Source: Ylistrum balloti
Taxonomy: Eukaryota
Reading direction: 5' to 3'
Assembly: GCF_031769215.1 (NCBI RefSeq)
Contig: NW_026782711.1
Location: forward strand, 1,240,001-1,304,000
Length of the DNA: 64,000 nucleotides
Shown piece by piece: positions 51,337 to 62,400 of the stretch; the first letter of the stretch is position 1, and every line of letters begins with the position of its first letter. The position numbers were made by a program, and so were the translations under genes. The notes under the pieces were generated by a model. It had not been told where the DNA came from. It did no database searches and was given only the letters and a program-made list of their open reading frames with translations.

Positions 51337-52659
51337 TGAAATAGATCTACAGCAACTTTTATGTAGACTCCACTTGGTCTTAAGCTGTGCAAAAGACAAT
51401 ATGGACGGTCTTGAATTTTAAGTTAAAGTTTGTTATTGCTACTTCTTTACATAGCGCATCTTTCATAAATCTGAAATGATGGTTTTGATGGTTTAACTGG
51501 ATTCAGAGTTGTGCTTGACTGATTTTGGTATCTATTAGCAGAAAAAAATGGCTGTTGGTGTCCATCTTGGACATTTGCAATGAAATATACATTTTATTAC
51601 CACCACTTAATAACAATTCTCATTTGTAGATTTCTGCATAACTATAAGTTTCATTTTGGAACTACGCAGAAAAAAAGAAATGGCTAACAGATAGCCATCT
51701 TTGATTTTGAAAACTTACTGACATTTGTAAGAATGCAATGAAAGGATTTTTATCATACTTAATAACTTCCCCTTATTCAACAATGTAATTACATGATTAA
51801 TTCTACTGTCAATACAAAAACAAGAACCATACTGAAATAGCAAAGAAGGATGTAGAAGGGAAAATATCATTTCAAACCTTTTCTTCTTGTTCTGTTGATG
51901 AGAGCTACATTTTTGTCTGCTTTAGGTGAATAAAGGCCACGTGACAATGTTCAAATACAATGCAATTGTTGGGAGCGTTTACATCATAGGAAAGTTCCAT
52001 ATTGGCATGGAGAATTCCAGGTTTGTTTAAATGAATTTGATTATTTAACCCACTTTGAGGTAAAGGGGGATAAAAAATTGCATTTACATCTTAAAATGAC
52101 TTCTAAACAACTGGGGCATTATCTTCGTGAATAGCAGGCTAGGGTAGAAGGCTATTGACCGTGACCCACTTTTGAGGTCACAAGTTTCAAACTTTTTAAA
52201 AGATTCAAACCACTTAAAATAATCTAGATCCCAAGAGTCATGATATTTGGTCAGTAATTTCTTTGATAAAGGACTTTCAATTTTTTTAATGAAATAATGA
52301 AATGGTATTGACCCACTTTCAATATCATGGGGTGTCATGGGGATCAAATGTTTAAAAACAAATAGCCCATAGTCAAGATAACAGGCCAGTAATGAACTCT
52401 AGATCAGATGATGTCCTTGACCTCCTGTCAGGGTCACGTGGTTAAATGTGTTTAAACTTCAAATCAGCATCGGTGCTCTGCTAGTACTTCAGTGTCGTAA
52501 TACTATCACTTGGCTCATGATGTAGCTAGTGATATCGAGCATACCAAGGACATGTATTCAACCTGGCGTCAAATATTGACATAAAATTTACATTTTGCCT
52601 TTATTTGTAATATTTTCCCAATTTCTTACTTTATAATGAATCTAGTCGGTGAAAACATC

Positions 52660-53310
52660 AAGACAGATTGCGACTTCTGCACCACAGACAGACGTTGTAC
52701 AGATTGCGACTTCTGTACCACAGACAGGCGCTGTAGCCTACATATTGCGACTTCTGTACCACAGACAGGCGCTGTACATATTGCGACTTCTGTACTTCGT
52801 TGTACAGCTTACCTATACCACAGACAGACGTTGTACAGATTGCGACTTCTATACCACAGACAGACGTTGTACAGATTGCGACTTCTATACCACAGACAGA
52901 CGACTTTGTACAGATTGCGACTTCTGTACCACAGACAGACGTTGTACAGATTGCGACTTCTATACCACAGACAGACGTTGTACAGATTGCGACTTCTATA
53001 CCACAGACAGACGACTTTGTACAGATTGCGACTTCTATACCACAGACAGACGACTTTGTACAGATTGCGACTTCTGTACCACAGACAGACGTTGTACAGA
53101 TTATACCACAGACAGACGTTGTACAGATTGCGACTTCTATACCACAGACAGATGTTGTACAGATTGCGACTTCTGTACCACAGACAGGCGCTGTACATAT
53201 TGCGACTTCTTTACCTCAGGCAGGCGTTGTACAGATTGCGACATCTGTACCACAGACAGACGACTTTGTACAGATTGCGACTTCTATACCACAGACAGAC
53301 AGACAGACGT
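52660..53310. repeat. 36/39-bp minisatellite (~18 copies)
   Basis: Unit CAGATTGCGACTTCTATACCACAGACAGACGTTGTA, with a variant carrying an extra 3 nt; produces ORFs in all three + frames and one - frame. Confidence 0.95.
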
Positions 53311-54984
53311 TGTACTGTTATTATTGATGTTATTACCCATTGTTTACCCCTGTCAGGATGTTGGTTCTAATAACAATTAGAATTGGTGTAGAATTTCCTG
53401 TAATATTGTTTGTTGAAATCACTCAAGATAAAACGCTAAAGATTCGTGACATGGTGGAGATAAAATGGCAGTTCTAAGATACTCATTAAATAAATCAGTC
53501 TTTCGAGGATATTACTTATCAGTCAAAACTACATGTACACAATGTTGACGATTTTACTGCAGAAAAAGACAATTTTATTTAATCCACTTAATCTAGATAT
53601 TCACGACAAAAGTTCATTTTTGTAGATGTTGGACAATTTTGTGTAAACATTACTTATACATAGACATAAATGCTTATTTCGGTTGCAGCTGGTTTAACAC
53701 ATGTTAAGATTGATTACATGAGCTAATTCTGCATCGTAAATGTGTTGCTGATTCATATTGGAAATAGTTTTACTTTTCACAAGTTTGCGGCTGTAATTAT
53801 TGCTTTAACAACAGAAAAGAGCCGTCAATAAAGCATCTTTGCCGAACGAATTTTATAAAACAGAATCACAATGCCTGCAAATGTGTGTTATTTAAAAGTT
53901 TGGTCTGTATGCAAACTGATTGTTTATGCTAACGACAGAGGGTGGCATTCCACTAAAAAGACACATAGCGTTGTTCGTTTATATTTGATTGTCGCAGCAA
54001 ATTTGGTAAGAATCTTTTATATATTTTTTCTACAAAATGTGGAACTTCAGATAAAAAAAACCCACTAAGTTGCTCTTACCTTTGACCTATCGGATACAGC
54101 AAACTGTCGTGTGATGACGTATAATTGTGACCAATTACTACAACAAATATTTGATGAGATAAATTAAGCAGACGATAAACCTTTAATATCAAGAACAGAT
54201 TATCATGAGTAAATCGGTACCCTCACCTGTTATCGATCCCCAACAAGTGTATATGTGAATGTTTACTTGTGACAAGATGTAGTCCATATCTTGCATTTCT
54301 ACACACTGATATGATTTATTGCAGGCTAAACAATAATTTTCTGTTCTTTTCATAAACAAATAAAATAGATAAACAAACAAATAATAGATAAATAAATAAA
54401 TAAAACATTGAGACAAATACTCATAGTAGTGCATGTCGTGGCAACACCGAGTCAATCAACTCCATACCTATTACATCCCAATTCTCCCTTGCTATATACA
54501 TTCACTTTATGGTTTTCCCATTAACTCACTGAGTCTTGCAATATTAACAGCGGGCGTCAAGCTAAGTATATAAAAGAAGTTGAACATCTTATTTCACATT
54601 AACATATATATCTATAAGTTGAACATCTTATTTCACAATATTATTACAATATGTGTTTTATTATATGTACGTCTAGTCTCAGGGTTGACGATAAAGCCGA
54701 AATGTTGTAGCTCTAGCAAATTTACAGTTTTATATATTAAGTTGGGAAAGACCATGGGTACTCCAGTACTACGATTGGCCCTGAAGAACTGCTTGAAAAT
54801 ACACAGACTCGTACATCATACTATATTGAATACGAGCATTATGGTGTTAGATCGATATAATGTACGTCTACTTTTGAAAGGCAAAACAGCTGCTTTGAAG
54901 GGTTCTCCATTTCTACAAATTTTGTTTTCCCGCGCAATATCTTAAATACGAAACTACCGCACAGAAACATCCTTGTACTCTGTC

Positions 54985-55105
54985 CGGATGCGGAAGTGAC
55001 ATTTTGCTGGATATATTTAGCAACAACACACGGTGTTATATATAGAAATTTGACATTTTTTACAGCATTTTCACAGAGATACTCAACAAGGATGATAACG
55101 AATAG
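54985..55105 (+). promoter_or_regulatory. Probable promoter and non-coding first exon of HMGCR
   Basis: ETS-type CGGAAGTG at 54991; strong donor AATAG|GTAAGA at 55105/55106; acceptor TTGAAG at 56415-56416 before the start codon. A second possible donor CAG|GTAATG lies at 55457/55458. Confidence 0.5.
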
Positions 55106-55629
55106 GTAAGAATGGACGTGAACATAACAGAAATGTATAATGGCTGTGTGATATGACACATACAGACGATATTCATGAGAAAATCAACGGAATATTGATC
55201 TCCGTGTTGTTTTTTTTAAAGTCCGAGGATTATGCAACTTCTTGAAAATATGTGTAGACTGATAACATTCTTATCATGATTGGGTGAAACCAACATAATT
55301 TGTTTACCTTTACCTGGTAGTTTTTTTCTCTGATATTGATGTCAGTAAGTCAAATTCATACAACCGCCCATAGTTACCACTACATGCATGCTCACCCGGT
55401 GTGGTGTCAGCTTGTGAGATATCGGAGGATAACGCTATTACTGGGATAATCAGCCAGGTAATGACAAACAAACAAGCAATATTCACATGTGTTAGTCCTA
55501 GTGAAGAATCACTCCTTTCGCATACACATTTGAGAGTCGCAGTAAAACCAGAATAAAAATAGAAAGAGGATAATTTTGCACAAGGTCATTATTATAATGT
55601 AGAAGTTGAGAGAACAGGTTGCCTTTTTA

Positions 55630-55720
55630 GCCTTAGCTAGCGGAAAGCTCCCTTTAGTTATGTGGTAAAGTGTCAGGTTAGAGGCAGAAGGGTTACTAGT
55701 TTGAGTCCCGGTATGGTGTT
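55630..55720 (+). mobile_element. Degenerate tRNA-derived element
   Basis: CTTAGCTAGCGGAAAGCTCCCTTTAGTTATGTGGTAAAGTG...AGTTTGAGTCCCGG resembles the 61735 element head with A and B boxes. Confidence 0.4.
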
Positions 55721-56445
55721 TTTTTGTTTTTTTTTTATATATATAAACCCTTCCTTTTAATGAAAGTATGATTCATCTCTTTCGTCTATGCTGACAAATA
55801 GCAGGGTTTTCCATAATTTTGTTAGTAGTAGGCTGTGTAGTGAAAGTAGGAGGCTTGCTTGCTGTGTAGTCGTGTAAGGAACATTATAACGGAACTGGAT
55901 TGGTGTAGGCGGCCAAATGATCAAAGTAGCCGGTTAAATTGGCTGGCAACCGGCTCATATGGAAAACCCTGCAAATAGTATCAGTATATTATATCTGATG
56001 TCTCATTTTTATGAGGTAATATTGTATCAAGGTCACTATGACTGAGGTATCCTAGAATATTGTCCAAGCAAGGGATCATGATTGTGGATTACCGTTAAAA
56101 GCAACTAAAAAGACCCATTTTACATAGAAAATCTACAATAATCAGTAAATCATTTATGCTGTCTTTCAAGAATAGTCACAAAGACTTTCCATTTTGTTTT
56201 GATTTGCTTTTCTGTTTTGGTTTATTACACATGTTCTTCATGGCAATACACCCTATTACATATTTAGATTCATATGATTATCCTATTAAAATGTACTGAA
56301 AATTACATTTGTACAATATTGAATTGATGAATTACATATCGGGTCAAACAGATAATTACAGTATATATGGTAGATACAAGTAAACAGTGCTTATCTTCAG
56401 TTTTTGTTCATTGAAGATCATATTGCTGAGGAGGATATGGAAGAC

Positions 56446-59400
56446 ATGTTTGGACAATATTTCCGTGGGTATGGGTACTTGTGTGCCAGCCACCCGCTGG
56501 AGGTGATCATTGGCACATTGACCGTCACTGTGTGTGTCGTGTCCATGAGCATGTTGGCAATTGGAGACCTTCTCCATATGTCACCTCAGAACCAGGTACT
56601 TATTGTTCACTTACATATCAATATGTTGTTTAATGTCAATAAATTTTCTGTTGTAATAATTCAAAATAACAATCACCATCAATATAACTACTGTAATATT
56701 CAAATTGTTCTTGAAATCATAGCAAAAAAAACAAAATAAAAGTTATACATCATATTGATATATGTACTGATTTCTATAATGCACCAGAAATAACAATCAC
56801 CATCAATAAAACTACTGTAATATTCAAATTGTTCTTGAAATCATAGCAAAAAAACTAAATGAAAGTTATAAACCATATTGATATATGTACTGATTTCTAT
56901 AATGCACCAGTATCAACAAAGTAGGAAATTATTTGAAGTATGTATTTTTTAATTATGTGTTAACACACGATGATTCTTTGACATTTTGTTTTCAGGAGAC
57001 AGAGAGCTTGGATATCATCATAGTATCAATAGCTAGATGTTTAGCAGTTGTCTATGTTTACCTACAGTTCCGTAGCCTCAGAAGACTGGGCTCTCATTAT
57101 TTATTAGGTAAGTTAGGGATTCGGGGAATGGTGACTCCATAAGCTGGACACAATCTTCATATGACTGTCCACTGTGAAATAATACACAAAAACGGCAACC
57201 AAGCAATTATCGTCTTCCTTATACTCTATAGTCTGTATATTATAACAGTGATGATTATCATTATCATTATTTTGTCAGTGTGGGTTTTATTTGTGAAAGT
57301 TACATTATCAAATGAGAAAATTTGTGTATAACAAATTCTACCTGTTATATGGTGTAACAAATGGAATGAGTTTTAGATTAGTATTATTTTCTCTGATGAG
57401 TGCTAGCCCTGCTAGATAGAACCAAGGAAGAGAGACAAAATATTATTTTGATCAGTACTAACATCATCATGTTAATTGATACCTCTCAGCAAATCTACTC
57501 TGGTACATATAAATACAATTGTACATGTATATTACAATAATACAGGACAAATGAAAGACTTGCTGATACAGTGCAGATGAGGAACCATGAATGTACAATT
57601 ATTTTGCAAGGCAGATTTTGATTTCGGAACCATACAAGTGTTACGCTTACCTGGCTCAGAGGACAAGCGAACATATGTATGCTATGGTGTATTATATATG
57701 TATTCTTCAAATTTGGTTTTACAGAGGTGATTTCAACTAAGTTTCATTTTCTGATTTATATTACAGGTGTGTCTGGAGTTTTCACACTATTCTCCAGTTT
57801 TATATTTAGTGTAGCTGTCATCAAGATATTTAAAAAGGATCTCACTGGCTTAAGGTAAGATTAAGTTTAGAGTTAACTGTATACATGTAAGTGGAGAGTA
57901 AATCATTAGAATAATTACTCTTATGAAACCTCTTTGCTGGTTATCTGCAAATAATTGGCTTTACCAGGAACTTTTGGCAGCATAGAACTCTTAATGCTCA
58001 TAAACAATTCTGTTTAATGTTGCTGTTATTCACACAATTCTAAGAATACTTGAATGGTTGTTCTGAAATAAATACTTTTTATTTCAGTTTTGAAATGTTT
58101 TTTAGGAAATGACTTCTATATTAGATTTCAATTTAGCTCACCTGGTCTGAAGGATTAAACTGAGCTTATGCCATAAGGACAGGGCCCTGTCGGAAAAAAG
58201 AGAGCAAATTCTTTAAAATCCTTTTTCTATAGGAATGTTGGGATTCTGTCTGAATTTGGTCTGATAAATCCTGGCATGGAGGAAAATAATTTTGTATAAA
58301 TGATGGGTCATGGTCCCTTTGGGATGGGGCTTAATATGGGAAATAGGGCAAATTTTATAAAATTATTTTTAATCCATAGGAATGACAATATTCAGTCCCA
58401 TTTTGATCTGAAACATTCTTGGGCAAAGAACACTTCTATATAAATGATTTTATCCAAGGTTATTTTATTCAAATAAAGGCAGATGAGTGATACAGGTCCT
58501 GTAGAACTCTTGCTACATTGATATGCTTTATTTTCTTTAGGAAGTCTTACATATAACAGCTAATTACAATAATTAAAGAACACCTTATGGCTATTGCAGT
58601 GTGGAGTGATATGGAAGTCATTAAACATGTTCTGGATTTGCACCTCATTTTGAAGAGATTGCTGTGATTGTTTTTTCCAGTGAGGCACTGCCGTTATTCC
58701 TCCTCTTGGTTGACCTTTCTAAGGCATGTGCTTTGGCACGGTTTGCTGTTGGTTCCACTAGCCAGGAGGAGGTACAAAAGAACATTGCTACAGGCATGGC
58801 TGAACTTGGCCCATCAATAACTCTGGATGCCATTGTGGAGATGTTGGTCATAGGTGTCGGCACCTTGTCAGGTATACATATTTGGTTCTACAATAGGTCA
58901 ACAAAGTCCTTTTTCTTGTTTAAGATCAGAGTCACATGGTTCCTTTCAAATTCTGTAATATCTTTGATGGTTATTGTATATGCCTTGTATTAATGGGAGA
59001 AGTCTTAGTTGTAGACCATGTAAAATCAATAAGATTGGGTGAGATCTAACAACTGTTTACAGGTCATCGTTTACATTTGTAACTGTATTCAGAGTGTTGT
59101 TCCTAGGTGAATCTAAAGCAGTTGACTTTGTTGCAGTGAAAGAAAAACTTAAAAAAGGATACCATGTGTAGATATCTTTAATGATTTTCTAAGAATTATG
59201 AGGGTCTGTTGTGATTGCAGCAGATGTCATTAATTAATTTGTTTATGTCAGTTCCTTCCAAACTGAATATGATTGTTTTTCTATGCCTAACATCACTCAG
59301 TGTTGTCTACACTTGGGCATGCCTCTAGTCAGATATTTTTCACAAAATGTTGATCATAGACTACACTTGTTGCTGTGGCATATTGGAAAACTTGTTTGAT

Positions 59401-62400
59401 ATATTGTTAATTTCTTAAAGAAATATTGTATATTGTAACATTATGTATGTTTGTCAGGAAGGCATTGTTTTAGAATGAATAATTTTACATCATTACCTAT
59501 CTATCTTTTTAACAGTGCTTACCTTGATTCACATTCAAGGTCACAGGGGTCAAATTTGTCAAAATCTTCAAACAGCCATGTTTGATAACCATGATACTTT
59601 GAATTTTGTTATTTTTTAAAATATACAAAATGTCCATGTATTATGAAGAATGGATATGACACTTGGGCAGAATTTGATGAGGAATTGTTGAGAAACTAGA
59701 AAAAACACTTCCAGGAAAGTTGTCTATTTATAAGGTGCATAGGAGATGAGCAGTGCAGGCCCATTTGACCTCTTGTTTGTCTGTTGATATTGTTAAGGGT
59801 GCTTTAGTAGCTGCAATGCCTAATTTCATTTCATACAGTGGTCTTGAATGCTGCATGCATCAAGCATGGGTTTCAGCCCGTTCTCTCTTCTAACAACTCG
59901 GATTTGATCCCCAATTATCAATTGTGGGGAAAATACCGGTCGTAATGTCTGCAGGGGTTGTCATTATCTCTCTTTCAGCATGATGGCTTACCTTTGTACC
60001 ACCACCACTTAATCAATATATTTATTTTCCGAGTGCCATTGCAAGAAAATAACATTTCAATGAATATAATTTATGTCAACATCTCTATATTGACAGGCGT
60101 AAAACAACTTGAAATGATGGCATACTTTGGGTGTCTGTCTGTGCTTGCTAACCTGTTGGTGTTCATGACATTCTACCCCGCTTGTCTGGCCCTTGTCCTA
60201 GATGTCACTCGTGAGAGGAACCATGGCAAGCCACTCCGACACCTACAACAACTGGCTAAGATGTTAGAGGCTGAGGAGAAGGAGAAAACCCCAAATCCAG
60301 TCACTCAGCGAGTCAAACTCATCATGGTAAATATTTCAATCTTGTCACAGAGCAAGGGTAAATATAACAACTCATCCACACTGTGATTCAAACTCATCAT
60401 GATAAATATTACACCTCGGTCACAGTGTGAGGCAAACTCATCATGGTAAATATTACATCTCTGTCACACAGTGAGTCAAACTCATCATGGTAAATATTAC
60501 ATCTCTGTCACACAGTGAGTCAAACTCATCATGGTAAATATTACATCTCTGTCACACAGTGAGTCAAACTCATCATGGTAAATATTACATCTCTGTCACA
60601 CAGTGAGTCAAACTCATCATGGTAAATATTACATCTCGGTCACACAGTGACTCAAACTCATCATGGTAAATATTACATCTCTGTCACACAGTAGTCAAAC
60701 TCATCATGGTAAATATTACATCTCTGTCACACAGTGACTCAAACTCATCATGATAAATATTACACCTCGGTCACAGTGTGAGGCAAACTCATCATGGTAA
60801 ATATTACATCTGTGTCACACAGTGAGTCAAACTCATCATGGTAAATATTACACCTCGGTCACAGTGTGAGTCAAACTCATCATGGTAAATATTACACCTC
60901 GGTCACAGTGTGAGTCAAACTCATCATGGTAAATATTACACCTCGGTCACAGTGTGAGTCAAACTCATCATGGTAAATATTACATCTCGGTCACACTGTG
61001 AGTCAAACTCATGGTAAATATTACATCTTGGTCACACTGTGAGTCAAACTCATCATGGTAAATATTACATCTCGGTCACACTGTGAGTCAAACTTATCAT
61101 GGTGAGTATTGCAGTTAAACTGCAAAGTGAGTCAAATTCGTCATGGTAAATTTTACTTTTCAGTCAGACAATGAGTCCAGCTCATCATGGTAATTAGTAC
61201 ATCTAGTTCACACAGTGAGTCAAACTTGACATGGTAACTTTTACTACTACTCAGTTGCACAATTAGTTGATTGCATCATAATAATTTCAATGCAGCCGCA
61301 CAGTGGGTCAAACTCATTGTTGTAAATATTCTAACCTAGTCACATAGATAGTCAAACATATCACAGCAGTATAAGCCCAGTTGAGATTATCTGCAATATT
61401 TTTAAACCTAATTGAAATTAACTACATGAGGGGTGTGCATTAGTAATCCCAGATGATATTTTCTGAGGAAAGGAAATACTTGTTTTTCTTGCACAGTCTG
61501 CTGGCCTTGTGATGGTTCACATACATAGTCGTTTAGGCAAAGAGGCAAGCAAAGCAGAAAGTTTGGGAGACATGATCACAACCAGTACCATGTCTGATAA
61601 CAAGGAACTGACTCCTGAACTCGACTTTTGGCAATATCACATACAAAGGTAAGTAAACCTTATCCTACTTGGTCATCTAGAAAGTTGGAATTATATCTGT
61701 ATTTAATGATTTATGAGGGAGATATTTGATTGAATATAACATTTGTAAAATACTAGCCGCAATATACCACTCGGCTAGTTAGAACTTCTCTTTAGCTCGA
61801 TTGGTTGAGGGTCAGACTAGTAAGTCAGGGGTCCTGGATTCTAATCCTAATGCCTTAATGAAGGCATTGAAATAAATAATGATCTTTGTTAAATTTGTGC
61901 CAATGTAGGTGTTATGTCCGGATAGCTAGTCCGTACTTTAGTGTGTGCCATGATTGTTAGTGTGTTGATATGTGACCTGAATAAAGCCTCGTTCTGGATA
62001 TACTGTACACATGGTGTTGTTGTGGTTTGTGGTGGCTGTGTTCTCACCCCCCATATGTAACAGTAGGGACTTGGGAAAAGTGTATAGTGTTACTTTCACA
62101 AGCATTGCCGTAACACCTGGAAACTCCAAGATGAGTTATTCCCTGGAGGGGGAGTATGTAACCCTCGTAAAATACTAGCAGCAGTATACCACTTAGCTAG
62201 AGAGAACTTCTCTTTAGCTTGATTGGTTGAGTGTGACAGATAAAGAAAGATCTGCCATTAGATAGTGAAAGCAATAAATTAGAGACGGGACATTATGTTG
62301 GTGTTCTCACTGTAGAATGCATCATAACCATCAGGAATTATTTCACTACAAGTACAATTTTGTTTCAAGTGATTGATTTTCTTGGGCTTTTTCAGTCAGA

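Noticed and set aside
51928-52019. AG/GT-flanked open segment (VNKGHVTMFKYNAIVGSVYIIGKFHIGMENS)
   Set aside because: I found no partner exons or recognisable family, and such segments occur by chance.
52636-53380. ORFs of 244, 243, 175 and 129 aa as real Cys-rich or repeat proteins
   Set aside because: They arise from a stop-free 36/39-bp minisatellite; each ORF switches between repeat frames through indels, and no splice or promoter context supports them.
59958-60096. N-terminal extension of the 142-aa ORF as HMGCR coding sequence
   Set aside because: It lies upstream of the acceptor at 60095-60096; homology to HMGCR starts at 60097.
61790-61850. Functional tRNA-Thr(AGT) gene
   Set aside because: The anticodon and acceptor stems do not pair properly and the sequence is embedded in a repeated element, so it is treated as tRNA-derived.
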